Assembly: GCA_964391195.1 (NCBI GenBank)
Contig: CAYMLG010000008.1
Location: 51,801 to 115,800 of the forward strand
Origin: an uncultured Anaerolineaceae bacterium
GTDB taxonomy: Bacteria > Chloroflexota > Anaerolineae > Anaerolineales > UBA4823
Length of the DNA: 64,000 bases
Direction of reading: 5' to 3'
Shown here: one piece after another, positions 37,111 through 47,349 of the stretch
How positions within the stretch are numbered: the first letter of the stretch is position 1
Layout: the number at the start of each line of letters is the position of its first letter
The notes under the pieces: generated by a model
What the model was told of the DNA's origin: nothing
The model's input: only the letters and a program-made list of their open reading frames with translations
The model's database searches: none
Program-made: the position numbers and the translations under genes

Positions 37111-37815
37111 ATGGAGACACAGCACAACGGGAACCAATCAGACGGGACCCTCGTCAGCGTACGCCAGGCGACCCGCACCTACCATGTGGACGGGCGAGAA
37201 GTGCACGCACTGCGCGGGGTGAATCTGGACCTGCAGCGCGGGGTCCTGGCAGCGCTGAAAGGCCGCTCCGGCTCGGGGAAGACCACCCTGCTCAACCTGA
37301 TCGGCGGGCTGGACCGCCCCACCAGCGGCAGCGTGTACTTCGAAGGCCAGCCGCTGGGCGAGTTGAGCGACAATGAATTGACCCGCCTGCGCCGCAGCCG
37401 GATGGGCTTTGTGTTCCAATCATTCGCCCTGCTGCCCACCTACTCGGCCTACGAGAACGTCGAACTCATGCTGCGCCTGGCGGGGATGAACCGGCAAGAG
37501 CGCACCGAGCGGGTGCGCCGCTCTCTGCGCGTGGTAGGGCTGGAAGGGCGGATGCAGCATCGCCCGGACGAAATGTCGGGCGGGCAGCAGCAGCGGGTAG
37601 CGATCGCCCGCGCCCTGGCCACCAAACCGGTGCTCATCCTGGCCGATGAGCCCACCGGCGAATTGGATACGACCACCACCCGCCAGATCCTGTCCCTGTT
37701 CCGTTATCTGGTGGAGCGCGAGGGGGTCACCATCCTGACCACTACCCACGACCCGATCGTGGATGAATACGCCGACGTGATCTACACCCTGCATGACGGC
37801 CAGTTGGTTGAATAA
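37111..37815 (+). CDS. ABC ATP-binding protein (MacB/LolD class), second ATPase of the locus
   Basis: Walker [25 protein letters not shown], Walker [13 protein letters not shown]-loop TTHD. Confidence 0.9.
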   Translation: METQHNGNQSDGTLVSVRQATRTYHVDGREVHALRGVNLDLQRGVLAALKGRSGSGKTTLLNLIGGLDRPTSGSVYFEGQPLGELSDNELTRLRRSRMGFVFQSFALLPTYSAYENVELMLRLAGMNRQERTERVRRSLRVVGLEGRMQHRPDEMSGGQQQRVAIARALATKPVLILADEPTGELDTTTTRQILSLFRYLVEREGVTILTTTHDPIVDEYADVIYTLHDGQLVE

Positions 37816-37828
37816 CGCCTACACGAAA

Positions 37829-37863
37829 AAGAGAGGGTTTCCCCGGAAGGACAACCCTCTCTT
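37829..37863. terminator. Bidirectional terminator hairpin between convergent operons
   Basis: AAGAGAGGGTT (37829-37839) pairs with AACCCTCTCTT (37853-37863), with A-run/T-run flanks. Confidence 0.6.
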
Positions 37864-37892
37864 GTTACCCATTTCGAAATTCGATATCCTCC

Positions 37893-39230
37893 CTACCTCG
37901 CCATCCCCACTTCTTCCCTGGCGATCTGAGCGAAGACGCACTCGAAGACATCAATCGCCAGATCGATCTCTTCCGGCTGGATCACCAGGGGCGGGGCGAT
38001 CCGGATAATATTGCCGAACTGCCCCACCTTTCCGAGTAGCACCCCGCGTTCGGCCGCGCCAAAGATAATGCGGCGGGTGAGCTCAGGCGAAGGCTTCTTC
38101 CCCCCGGAAGGCTCGACGATCTCCAGCCCGAACACCAGCCCCCGGCCGCGCACGTCGCCCAGGAAGGCATACTTCTTCTGCAGGGCCTCCAGCCGGGGTT
38201 TGAGATATTCACCCATCCGGAGCGCCCGCTGCGGCAGGTTCTCTTCTTCCATCGCATCCAGCACGGCGAGCACCGCCGCGCTGGCCAGGGGGTTGCCGCC
38301 CCAGGTGGAGGATAACTCGCCGGGCGACATGCATTCGAAGATGCGGCTCTCGGCAGCCACCGCAGAAGCGGGGATGCCGCTGCCCATGCCCTTGCCCAGG
38401 CAGAGCATATTGGGCTCGACCCCTTCCCATTCGATGGCGTACATCTTCCCCGTGCGTCCAAAGCTGGCCTGCACCTCATCGACGATCAGCACCAGGTCGC
38501 GCTCGCGCGCCCAGTTCGCCAGAGCTGCCAGCCAACCGTCCGGGGGGAAGATGAATCCGGCCGCGCCCTGGTAGGGCTCGACGATCACCGTGCCCAGATC
38601 GCCCGACGAAGAGCAAGCGATCAACTGGTCCAGGGCCTTCAGGCAGTACATCTCACAGTCGGGGTAGGTCTTCCCGTAGAAGCAGCGGTAGCAGTAACCG
38701 TAGGGAGCCATGATCCCACCCGGGACGGGGACGCCAAAGCCGCGGCGAGTGCCCCGGCTGCCGGCGACCCCCATCGCCCCATAAGTGCGGCCATGGAACC
38801 CGCCGTAGAACGCCAGCACTTCCTGCTTGCCGGTGAAACGGCGCGAAACCCGCAGAGCAGCCTCCGTCGCTTCGGCGCCGGTGCTCAGCATGAACACACG
38901 GTCCAGGTTTTTCGGGAACGTTTTCACCAGCCGGCTGGAAGCGGTGATCCGCTCCGGGGTGGGGAAAGAATAGGTGTTCATCAAGCGTGGAGCCTGGTTC
39001 TGGATGGCGCTTACCAGGCCGGGGTGATTGTGGCCCAGGTTGGTGACCAGCACCCCGGAAGTGAAGTCAATATATGGGTTGCCATCCACATCCCATATCC
39101 ATACCCCCTGTCCGTGATCCCAGACAATCGGCGTCTGGTCGGCCGCGCAGGGCGGTTCACAAGTCCCCCCGATCTGCAAATACTCCCGGGATTTTGGCCC
39201 CGGCACCTCTCGCAAAGGGAGCGATTTCAT
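37893..39230 (-). CDS. Class III (acetylornithine/GABA-type) PLP-dependent aminotransferase
   Basis: 445 aa with motifs STGAEATEAALR, DEVQASFGRTGKMYA and LCLGKGMGSG (PLP lysine). Confidence 0.85.
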   Translation of the reverse strand: MKSLPLREVPGPKSREYLQIGGTCEPPCAADQTPIVWDHGQGVWIWDVDGNPYIDFTSGVLVTNLGHNHPGLVSAIQNQAPRLMNTYSFPTPERITASSRLVKTFPKNLDRVFMLSTGAEATEAALRVSRRFTGKQEVLAFYGGFHGRTYGAMGVAGSRGTRRGFGVPVPGGIMAPYGYCYRCFYGKTYPDCEMYCLKALDQLIACSSSGDLGTVIVEPYQGAAGFIFPPDGWLAALANWARERDLVLIVDEVQASFGRTGKMYAIEWEGVEPNMLCLGKGMGSGIPASAVAAESRIFECMSPGELSSTWGGNPLASAAVLAVLDAMEEENLPQRALRMGEYLKPRLEALQKKYAFLGDVRGRGLVFGLEIVEPSGGKKPSPELTRRIIFGAAERGVLLGKVGQFGNIIRIAPPLVIQPEEIDLAIDVFECVFAQIAREEVGMAR

Positions 39231-39281
39231 CTCATTACCTCCAAAATCATGGATTGCCTCGAACGGGCTCGGTGCAAGCCC

Positions 39282-40331
39282 TCAGCGCTGGACCCGCCCG
39301 GAGGCATCCCCTTTCATCAGTTTTTCCACCTCAGCCGCGCTCACCCGGTTGAAATCACCCGGGATCGAATGTTTGAGGCAGGAGGCCGCCACCGCGAACT
39401 CGAGCGCGGTCCGGTCGTCCATATCGTTCACCAGGCCGTGGATCAGGCCCGCTGCAAAGGCGTCGCCCCCGCCCACTCGATCGACGATATCGGTGATGTC
39501 GTAACGCCGGCTGACAAAGAACTCCCGGCCATTGTGCAGGCAAGCCGACCAGCCGTTGTGATTGGCGCTCAAACTCTGGCGCAGGGTGATAGCCTGCTTT
39601 TTCAAGTTCGGGAAGGTTTCCAGCATCTTCTCGGCCAGGCAGCGGTAATGATCCAGGTCCAGCTCGCCGGAGAGGATGGCCTCATCCATCTTCCCCGCCG
39701 TTTCCACCTGCACGCCCAGCGATTTCTGGCAGTCTTCCTCATTGGCGATACCGATATCCACACAGCGGACGATTTCGCGCATCACTTCTGGGGCTTTCTT
39801 CCCGTACTTCCACAGATTCTTCCGGAAGTTGTAGTCACAAGACACGGTCAGGCCCATGGATTTCGCGGCATGCACTGCGGCCAGGGTCAGGCGGGCGGCG
39901 CTTTCGCTGATCGCCGGGGTAATCCCGGTGACATGGAACCAGGCTGCGCCGGTGAAGATTTCTTCCCAGTCCAGGCAGTCTTCACCCGCTTCAGCGATGG
40001 CAGAGTGCGCCCGGTCATAAACCACCACCGAGGGGCGCTGGTTGCCGCCGGCTTCCAGATAATAAGTGCCCAGGCGTTCGCCGCCATAGGCGATCCAGCG
40101 CGTATCGACCCCGAAGCGACGCAGTTCGGCGACACAGGCCTCTCCCACCAGGTTCCGGGGGACCACGGTCACATAGGCGGCTTCATCACCAAAGTTCGCC
40201 AGAGAGACGGCAACATTCGCCTCGCCTCCACCGAAAGTCGCTTCCAACGTCGGAGATTGAAACAGGCGCTCGTATCCCGGCGATTTCAAGCGCAGCATAA
40301 TCTCGCCGAAAGTCACAATTCGCTTGACCAT
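39282..40331 (-). CDS. kdgK: PfkB-family sugar kinase, 2-dehydro-3-deoxygluconokinase-like
   Basis: 349 aa. N-terminus [10 protein letters not shown] ... GGGEANVAV and PfkB signature [16 protein letters not shown]. Adjacent to the KDPG aldolase gene. Confidence 0.75.
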   Translation of the reverse strand: MVKRIVTFGEIMLRLKSPGYERLFQSPTLEATFGGGEANVAVSLANFGDEAAYVTVVPRNLVGEACVAELRRFGVDTRWIAYGGERLGTYYLEAGGNQRPSVVVYDRAHSAIAEAGEDCLDWEEIFTGAAWFHVTGITPAISESAARLTLAAVHAAKSMGLTVSCDYNFRKNLWKYGKKAPEVMREIVRCVDIGIANEEDCQKSLGVQVETAGKMDEAILSGELDLDHYRCLAEKMLETFPNLKKQAITLRQSLSANHNGWSACLHNGREFFVSRRYDITDIVDRVGGGDAFAAGLIHGLVNDMDDRTALEFAVAASCLKHSIPGDFNRVSAAEVEKLMKGDASGRVQR

Positions 40332-40335
40332 GGGA

Positions 40336-41016
40336 TCAAACCTCCTCCCCCCGCGCCATGCGGATCCAGCGAATCACTTCCTGGGTCTTCTGTTGAATGT
40401 GGTCGAAGTCACGGTTTTTGACCCAATCCTTGCGGACCAGGTCGGAGCCGATGCCCACCGCGGCCACTCCGGCTTTGAACCAGGCTTCGATGCTCTCCTG
40501 AGTCGCCTGGACGCCGCCGGTGGGCATGATGCGCGTCCAGGGCATCGGGCCGAGTATCGATTTGACAAACTTCGGCCCCCCCACAGCATCGCCGGGGAAG
40601 ACCTTGACGATCTCCACCCCCAGCTCTTCGGCCTGCATGATCTCCGTGGCGGAACCGCAGCCCGGGCTGTAGGCGATCTTCCGGCGGTTGCAGGTGCGGG
40701 CCACCTCTGCGTTCAACACCGGCCCAACCACGAAATTCGCCCCGCTCTCGATATAAATCGCCGCGGTGCCGGGATCAAGCACCGACCCGACCCCCAGGAT
40801 CACGTCCGGGTTGGCCTTGGAAAAGTGGAGCACCAGGTCGGAGAAGATGCGGTAAGCGTTATCCCCGCGGTTGGTAAATTCGATCGTCCGCACCCCTCCG
40901 GCGCAGAGCGCTTCGATGGTGTTGATCGCCACCTCCAGGTCGCCCTGGTAGAACACCGGAACCAGTCCCGTGTGGATGATTTCATTTAATACTTCCAGTC
41001 GTTTGAATCGCGCCAT
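40336..41016 (-). CDS. eda: KDPG / 4-hydroxy-2-oxoglutarate aldolase
   Basis: 226 aa. Family-typical N-terminus [34 protein letters not shown], and VKVFPG. Confidence 0.8.
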   Translation of the reverse strand: MARFKRLEVLNEIIHTGLVPVFYQGDLEVAINTIEALCAGGVRTIEFTNRGDNAYRIFSDLVLHFSKANPDVILGVGSVLDPGTAAIYIESGANFVVGPVLNAEVARTCNRRKIAYSPGCGSATEIMQAEELGVEIVKVFPGDAVGGPKFVKSILGPMPWTRIMPTGGVQATQESIEAWFKAGVAAVGIGSDLVRKDWVKNRDFDHIQQKTQEVIRWIRMARGEEV

Positions 41017-41033
41017 ATAAGCCTCCTTCCTTT

Positions 41034-42251
41034 TCAGGCGAAATTCTGGCAGAAATCGAAGAGGATTTCCGCGCCTTTCAGGATCTCATCCAGGCGAATA
41101 TGCTCTTCTTTGGAGTGGGCTACAGAGAGCGAGCCGGGACCGAAGACTACAGTGGGGATATTGGCCTGGTTCTGGTAGCGCCAGGCATCGCAAGCTGCCG
41201 TCATGGCCCGGGTTGTGGCCGGAAGGCCGTTTTTATCCACAGCCTCCAGCAGACCCTTCACCAGGGGATGATCTTCGGGGAGCATATTCCCATCGTTGTT
41301 CAGCATGGGGAAGGTGAGCTCGAAATTCTGTCTGAGCCATTCATCTCCCTGGGTGAGCAGCGCCTGGCGCAGGCCTTCCTGCACCTGGAAGCGGTTTTTA
41401 TTGGGCAGAAAACCGATCAACCCTTTGATCACCGCTTCGGCCGGTACGCTGGCCGGCCACTTGCCTGCCGTGCATTGGCCGATGGTGAGCGGCATCGGGT
41501 CCGGGTGGACGTCGAACAGGGGCATCCCCCGCGATTCGGACAGCAGTTGGTCGTGATATTCCCTGAGGATCTGGATAGCCTGAAAAGCCTTATCCAGGGC
41601 GCTGATCCGGCCGAGGGTGTTCCCGCTGTGCGTGGCGCGGCCAAAGACCTTCAGCTCGAACCAGACTGCGCCGCGTACCGCGGGGATTACCACCAGTTCA
41701 GACGGCTCCAGGACAACCGCCGCCTCCGCCTCGACCCCTCTGCGAACCATTGCCAGGCTGCCGTTGCCGCCGTTTTCTTCTTCGATGACGAAGTGGATGA
41801 GCAGGTCAACCGGCGGGCGCACTCGCCGCGCCTGGTACAACAAGGCCAGAGCATACAGAGTCGCGGCCTGTCCCTTGGCGTCGCAAGCCCCGCGCCCGTA
41901 AACCACCCCATCTCTCACTTCCGGGACGAAGGCTTTGTCTTGCCCTTCACTGGCCGGGACGACATCCAGGTGGGTGTTGAACACGACCCGCCGCCCGGTC
42001 CCGCCTCCTTTCAACTCACATTCGACATTCGGAGTGTCAGTGTAGCAGAATCCAGGCAGACGGAAGGCATAGTCTGGATCATCGACGATGGAGTCCGGGA
42101 CAGGCACCAGTTCCGAACGGTCCACCAGGTTTTGCATGGCCTGGTGGACGTAGTGGCTGGCCGGCCCTTCATTCCCTCGCGTCGAAGGGATGGCGATTAG
42201 ATCGAGGAGGAATTTCTGGGTTTGAATGCGTACAGATTCCGGGATGCTCAT
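41034..42251 (-). CDS. M20-family metallopeptidase / deacylase (ArgE/DapE-like)
   Basis: 405 aa with motifs NTHLDVVPA, GRGACDAKG, EEENGGNGS. Confidence 0.8.
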   Translation of the reverse strand: MSIPESVRIQTQKFLLDLIAIPSTRGNEGPASHYVHQAMQNLVDRSELVPVPDSIVDDPDYAFRLPGFCYTDTPNVECELKGGGTGRRVVFNTHLDVVPASEGQDKAFVPEVRDGVVYGRGACDAKGQAATLYALALLYQARRVRPPVDLLIHFVIEEENGGNGSLAMVRRGVEAEAAVVLEPSELVVIPAVRGAVWFELKVFGRATHSGNTLGRISALDKAFQAIQILREYHDQLLSESRGMPLFDVHPDPMPLTIGQCTAGKWPASVPAEAVIKGLIGFLPNKNRFQVQEGLRQALLTQGDEWLRQNFELTFPMLNNDGNMLPEDHPLVKGLLEAVDKNGLPATTRAMTAACDAWRYQNQANIPTVVFGPGSLSVAHSKEEHIRLDEILKGAEILFDFCQNFA

Positions 42252-42263
42252 AGATACCGCTCC

Positions 42264-43307
42264 TTAAGGGATCAGAAGTGCTTTGAGCCCGCAGGCATTC
42301 TCCAGGTCATCGAACACCGCCTCCCAATTCGCCAGGGGTTCGCGGTGGGAGATGATCTTTGAAACGTCGATTTTCTTGGAAGCGACCAGGCCGATCGCCC
42401 GGTCCCAGCAGGTGTAGCCGGTGCTCAGGTTGAAAATGATCGAGCACACTTTCCAGGAGGCAGCATCCCAGGGGAAGCTGACCGACTCCCGCCCGGTGAG
42501 CCCGATCTGGGTGATGCGGCCCATGCGCCGGACCATATGGACTGTCGAAGCGATCGCGTGTGGCGAGCCGGATGCTTCCACCACCAGGTCAGCCCCTCGG
42601 CCGCCGGTGATGCGCTTCACGGCTTCCACCGGATCTTCTTCTTCCACCTGGATCACTTCGTCAGCCCCCAGTTCCTTTGCTTTGGGGAGGCGCATGGGAG
42701 CATCCCCCCTGGCGCCGACAACGATCACTTTGCCGGCTCCCGCCGCCCGGGCGGCCATCACCGATAACAGTCCGATCGTGCCCGGCCCCAGGATGACCAC
42801 CGTATCGTTGGGCTCCACCCGGCCGCGTTCGAGGACGTCCTGCACGACGTTGGCAGTGGGTTCCACCACCGCAGCTTCTTCGTAACTCATCGAATCGGGG
42901 ATGCGGTGCAGCAGATGGGTGGGCATTGCCAGGTATCTGGCGAACGCGCCGTTGATGCCCCATCCTGGCGACCGCTTCTGCGCGCAGAGCTGGATGTTCC
43001 CGGTGCGGCACAGCTCGCACCGTCCGCAGGCTTTGGTGTGCGGTTCCCCCACCACCCGGTCGCCGATCTGGTAATCCTTCACCTGGCTTCCTACAGCGAC
43101 AATCACGCCGGAGAATTCGTGGCCCATGATCACCGGCGGCCAGTACGGGTACTGGTCATGCCGGATGTGGATGTCTGTCCCGCAGATGCCGGCTGCTTTC
43201 ACTTCCAGGAGGACTTCGTCCGGCCGGGGTTCCGGCACCGGCGTCTCGCGCAGTTCCATATTCCCCGGGCCTTTCGCCGTCTTGAACAGGCCCTGCATTG
43301 TTTCCAT
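42264..43307 (-). CDS. Zinc-dependent medium-chain alcohol/polyol dehydrogenase
   Basis: Start set at METMQGLF (ATG 43307, AGGAAG RBS). The track ORF extends to 43436 across the upstream gene end. Motifs GICGTDIH, GHEFSG, CGRCELCRTGNIQLC, GPGTIGLL. Confidence 0.85.
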   Translation of the reverse strand: METMQGLFKTAKGPGNMELRETPVPEPRPDEVLLEVKAAGICGTDIHIRHDQYPYWPPVIMGHEFSGVIVAVGSQVKDYQIGDRVVGEPHTKACGRCELCRTGNIQLCAQKRSPGWGINGAFARYLAMPTHLLHRIPDSMSYEEAAVVEPTANVVQDVLERGRVEPNDTVVILGPGTIGLLSVMAARAAGAGKVIVVGARGDAPMRLPKAKELGADEVIQVEEEDPVEAVKRITGGRGADLVVEASGSPHAIASTVHMVRRMGRITQIGLTGRESVSFPWDAASWKVCSIIFNLSTGYTCWDRAIGLVASKKIDVSKIISHREPLANWEAVFDDLENACGLKALLIP

Positions 43308-43321
43308 CGTGTGCTTCCTTT

Positions 43322-44335
43322 CTAATCCTGTGACCCTGGTTCCGGGCTCAGCACAGAAGGGTTGAGGACATTCTGCAGCGGCTGGCCATCGATCATGCGG
43401 CGCACCTGGTCGAGGATTTTCTGGCGGATCGTCCATCCCGATTCTTCCGACAACCAGGAGAGGTGCGGGGTGCAGATTGCCCGCTCGTTCTTCAACAAAG
43501 GCAGGTCGGCAGGAGGCGGCTCCGTTTCATACACATCGATGCCTGCCTGGGCGATCTCGCCGGCGCGCAGCGCCTGGTCCAGGGCCTCCAGGTTGACGAC
43601 CCCCCCGCGAGCGGTGTTCACCAGAATGGCCGTTTCTTTCATCATCTGGAATTGGGGGGTGTCGAACATGTGGTAGGTCTCATCCCATTTCAGCGGGCAG
43701 TGGATGGTGATCACATCCGCCTCTTTCAACACTTCTTCGAAAGAGGTGGTCTCTACCCCATATTCCTGTTTGCGCTTCTCGGAAAGGTAGGGATCGCAGA
43801 TCAGGAAATTGACCCCGAAGCCCTGGAGCATGCGGTAGACCGTCCCGCCGATGCGCCCCAGGCCGATAATACCCACCGTCTTCCCCCGCAGTTGATATAC
43901 GGGATACACAGGCTCGAACACCCACTTTCCAGAGGCGGTCGAGGCGTCCAACGAGCGGAGTTGGGTGACCAGTTTGCGCTGGCAGGCCATGATGAGCATG
44001 ACAGCCTGTTCTGCGACCTCATGCACACAGTAATCGGGGATATTGACCACGATGATTCCCTTGCGCGTGGCGGCTTCCACATCCACATTGTCGTAGCCGA
44101 TCCCGTGACGAATGATCAGGCGACAGCGTTCCAGCCCGGAGATCAGGGCTTCATCGAACAAGGCCATGTTGACGATGATGATATCCGCATCCCGTACCGC
44201 GGCCAGGAGTTCCTGGCGAGGAGCGAATTTCAATTGGTAGTGGGCAAAATCAACACCCCACTCTTTCAGGATACCGGCTTCCCATTCCAAATCCGGCTCG
44301 ATGTAATCGGTGACGACCACCTTTAAGCGTTCCAT
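43322..44335 (-). CDS. D-isomer-specific 2-hydroxyacid dehydrogenase family protein
   Basis: 337 aa. NAD motif GIIGLGRIGGTV, NTARGGVV, and catalytic His context TPHLSW. Confidence 0.85.
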   Translation of the reverse strand: MERLKVVVTDYIEPDLEWEAGILKEWGVDFAHYQLKFAPRQELLAAVRDADIIIVNMALFDEALISGLERCRLIIRHGIGYDNVDVEAATRKGIIVVNIPDYCVHEVAEQAVMLIMACQRKLVTQLRSLDASTASGKWVFEPVYPVYQLRGKTVGIIGLGRIGGTVYRMLQGFGVNFLICDPYLSEKRKQEYGVETTSFEEVLKEADVITIHCPLKWDETYHMFDTPQFQMMKETAILVNTARGGVVNLEALDQALRAGEIAQAGIDVYETEPPPADLPLLKNERAICTPHLSWLSEESGWTIRQKILDQVRRMIDGQPLQNVLNPSVLSPEPGSQD

Positions 44336-44435
44336 TTGACCTCCTACGGTTCCTGAGCACTCAACAATGCAGTCGAGGTTGGTATCAATATCCGGACCCT
44401 AAGTGAACAAACTCGTTCGCGCCAACCGCCCGCGC

Positions 44436-45278
44436 TCACCGCCCCGGGAAGTACGTGCGGGCCACGGTTAGCGCCAGATTGGTGCATACGATCCGCACCT
44501 GCTGCAGACGGCGATAATCATCCGCCTCGAAAGCCACGGTGCGCCCATCGACGCGTTCCACGGTCGGGATGAACTCGCACAGGTCGGCCGCCTGAGGCAG
44601 AACGAACTCGATTTCCATGCGGAAGCGGTCTGGGAGAGCGAGCGGTTGGATCTCCGGGCAGCGGGCGACTGCCCGAGCGGCTGCAGCTTGCACCAGCTCA
44701 TGGGCCTCTCCGAGCGGCAGGTGATGGGCAGTGTATGCGGCTATCCCATGTTTGACCACCGCGGTCTCAATCCCGGGCACCGTCCGCCGGGCTTCTTCAC
44801 AGTACCGGTCGTCGCCCACGGCCAGGACGACCGGCACTTGATGATAGCCTGCCCATAAAGCCGACATCCCAAATTCGCCGACCGGCTGGCCGTTGATGCG
44901 GATCTCAACCAGGTCGCGCATCACGTAGGTGTGAGCCAGGACTCCCCGCTGTGTGCCCGCCTGCGCATGGCCCATGATGATCGCCCCGGCGAAAGAGGAA
45001 TCCAGGCCGTGCATCTGGTTATCCGCTTTCAGGTAGCCGGAGATCAGGCTGGCTTTGGGGTGTAACCGTTCCAGGTCCAGGTAGTTCATCTCGGCGTGAG
45101 CCTCGTTGACCACCACTGTCTGAGCTCCCCCCGCCAGGGCGCCTGCGACGATGGCATTGATCTCTGCCGTCCACAGCCGCCGCCCGGTTTCGAACGATGG
45201 ATGACCCGCAAAGCACTGGCGGGGGTCGACAATCCCTACCGCGCCTTCGAAATCTGCGGAGACGTAAATCTTGCTCAT
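44436..45278 (-). CDS. Peptidase M55 (DppA-type D-aminopeptidase) family protein
   Basis: 280 aa. Family-typical N-terminus MSKIYVSADFEGAVGIV and NEAHAEMNYL. Confidence 0.75.
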   Translation of the reverse strand: MSKIYVSADFEGAVGIVDPRQCFAGHPSFETGRRLWTAEINAIVAGALAGGAQTVVVNEAHAEMNYLDLERLHPKASLISGYLKADNQMHGLDSSFAGAIIMGHAQAGTQRGVLAHTYVMRDLVEIRINGQPVGEFGMSALWAGYHQVPVVLAVGDDRYCEEARRTVPGIETAVVKHGIAAYTAHHLPLGEAHELVQAAAARAVARCPEIQPLALPDRFRMEIEFVLPQAADLCEFIPTVERVDGRTVAFEADDYRRLQQVRIVCTNLALTVARTYFPGR

Positions 45279-46405
45279 AGCAGGCAGTTCTCTCCGGTCT
45301 CTTTATTGAAGTAGTGGATGCAGTCGGGGGAAAAGGTAACGCCCACGACCTCGCCCTCGTGGAGCTGCATTTCAGGGTTCACCAGGCAGGTGACGTCCAC
45401 TCGATTCTCAGACCGCAGGCGCACGAAATTCGTTTGCCCAAAAGGCTCGATCGTCAGGACTTCAAAAGGCAGTGCCGCCGGGTCCGACCGGCTGCCAATG
45501 CAAACGGACTCCGGCCGGATACCCAGGACAACTTCTGCATATTCCTGTCCCAGGCGCTTCAGCGATTCTGCCCCCCGGGCGCCTGCGGGAACTTTCATCC
45601 CCTGGAATTCGAATGTGGTCGAACCGTTGCTGCCCTGAAGGCTCCCCTCGACCAGGTTCATCTCCGGGCTGCCGACGAAGGTCGCCACGAACAGGTTCTG
45701 GGGCGTCTTGTACAGTTCCTTGGGGGGAGAGAACTGGACCACCTTACCCTTATAGATCACCGCCACACGGGTGCCCAGCGTCATCGCCTCGATCTGATCG
45801 TGGGTGACGTAGATGAAAGTCCCCAAGCTGCCTTCCTGCTCGTTCAGACTGCGGTGGAGCAGTTTGAACTCCGAACGCATCCCGGCTCGGAGCTTGGCAT
45901 CCAGCGCGGCCAGAGGCTCGTCCAGGAGGAAGACTTTCGGGCTGCGGACCAGCGCCCGGGCCAGGGCCACCCGCTGCCGCTGCCCGCCGCTCAACTGGTT
46001 CGGCCGGCGATCGAGCAGCTCTTCGATCTCCACCCGCCGGGCGGCCTGGCGGACCCGCCGGTCGATCTCGTCCTTCGGGGTGCGCATGTTCTGCAGGTAA
46101 AAAGCGATGTTCTGGTACACGCTCATATGTGGATACAGGGCCAGGTTTTGGAACACCATGGCCATATCCCGCCTCTCCGGCGGCGTGTCCGACACATCCT
46201 TTCCGTCCAGGATCACCTTACCGGATGACTGGATCTCCAACCCGGCGATGATCCGCAGTGTGGTTGTTTTGCCGCAGCCGGAAGGGCCGAGCAGGACGAT
46301 GAACTCTCCCTGATCGACTTCAAGATCCAGTTCATCCACCGCTTTACAGCCCGGGAAATTCTTGGTTATTTTTTCGAGACTGAGATAAGACATCGTTTCC
46401 TCCAC
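45275..46405 (-). CDS. Sugar-type ABC importer ATP-binding protein (MalK/UgpC-like)
   Basis: Walker A GPSGCGKTT, LSGGQRQRVALARAL, Walker B FLLDEPLAALD, plus a C-terminal regulatory domain. Confidence 0.9.
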   Translation of the reverse strand: MEETMSYLSLEKITKNFPGCKAVDELDLEVDQGEFIVLLGPSGCGKTTTLRIIAGLEIQSSGKVILDGKDVSDTPPERRDMAMVFQNLALYPHMSVYQNIAFYLQNMRTPKDEIDRRVRQAARRVEIEELLDRRPNQLSGGQRQRVALARALVRSPKVFLLDEPLAALDAKLRAGMRSEFKLLHRSLNEQEGSLGTFIYVTHDQIEAMTLGTRVAVIYKGKVVQFSPPKELYKTPQNLFVATFVGSPEMNLVEGSLQGSNGSTTFEFQGMKVPAGARGAESLKRLGQEYAEVVLGIRPESVCIGSRSDPAALPFEVLTIEPFGQTNFVRLRSENRVDVTCLVNPEMQLHEGEVVGVTFSPDCIHYFNKETGENCLL

Positions 46406-46412
46406 AGGGCCA

Positions 46413-47324
46413 TTAGCTGGTGCCCAGTTTTGAAGTCAGACCATCAATGATTTGTTTGCGGAAAAGAATGGCGATGATGATCGGGGGGATGATCGCCAGC
46501 ACAGAGGCGGCCGAGACCATGCCCTTGCTCACGCTGATCCCCGAGGCCAGGCTGGCCAGCACTGCTGTCTGGGTCCGTGAAGCGATTGTGCGGGTCAGGA
46601 TCGTAGCAAAGATGAACTCGCCGTACGCAGTCATGAATGCGAAGATACCGGCGGCGACGATCCCCGGTTTCGCGATCGGCAGCACCACTTTGATGAGGGA
46701 GCGAATGTAGCTGCAGCCATCCATCCGGGCTGCCTCTTCGTATTCCACCGGCAGGTTTTTAAAGTAGGAGCGTAAGATCCAGATTGTAAAGGGGATGGTT
46801 GTCGCCGAATACAGGCCGATCAGCCCGGTTTTGCTGTCGATCAGATCGAACTTTTGCATCAATATGTACACCGGCACTACGATGGAAATCGACGGGAGCA
46901 GCCGGGTAGCGACGAGGACGCCGAACAGCTTTCCATCTCCCCAGAAGCGGTAGCGAGAAAATACGTGCCCGGCGGGGAAGCCGATGATGATATTGATCAC
47001 CGTCACCGATAGGGCGATGATCAAACTGTTAATCACCGAAGGCCAGACCAGGGTGCCGCTCATCGTGTATTGAGCCTGGATCATGATTGTGGAACCCTCC
47101 GGCACCACGCCGGTGAAGAGGAAAGAGTAATGATCCAGGGTGAAGATATCACTGGTGGGGAAGAAATGCGGAGGCCGGTCGTTGAGCGCCGATTCTTTCT
47201 GGAAGCTGGATACGCACACCCAGTAGATCGGAGAGAGCACATAGAACAGCACCGCCAGGCTGGCCAGGAGAATGACCAGTTTTTTTAGGCGAAGCCGTCC
47301 TGAAATGGTGTTCATGAACATCAT
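46413..47324 (-). CDS. Carbohydrate ABC transporter permease (MalG-like)
   Basis: 303 aa, 6 TM, EAA loop YEEAARMDGCSYIRSLIKVVLP. Confidence 0.9.
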   Translation of the reverse strand: MMFMNTISGRLRLKKLVILLASLAVLFYVLSPIYWVCVSSFQKESALNDRPPHFFPTSDIFTLDHYSFLFTGVVPEGSTIMIQAQYTMSGTLVWPSVINSLIIALSVTVINIIIGFPAGHVFSRYRFWGDGKLFGVLVATRLLPSISIVVPVYILMQKFDLIDSKTGLIGLYSATTIPFTIWILRSYFKNLPVEYEEAARMDGCSYIRSLIKVVLPIAKPGIVAAGIFAFMTAYGEFIFATILTRTIASRTQTAVLASLASGISVSKGMVSAASVLAIIPPIIIAILFRKQIIDGLTSKLGTS

Positions 47325-47349
47325 GGTTTTCCTTTCCGCCAGGCTTCGC

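Noticed and set aside
42264-43436. N-terminal extensions of track ORFs: 42264..43436, 50693..51877, 52983..54059, 55517..56191, 62085..62615, 34462..35937, 20427..22250
   Set aside because: The extensions overlap upstream genes or intergenic promoter/RBS sequence and are non-homologous-looking. Internal ATGs preceded by Shine-Dalgarno motifs give N-termini typical for the families.
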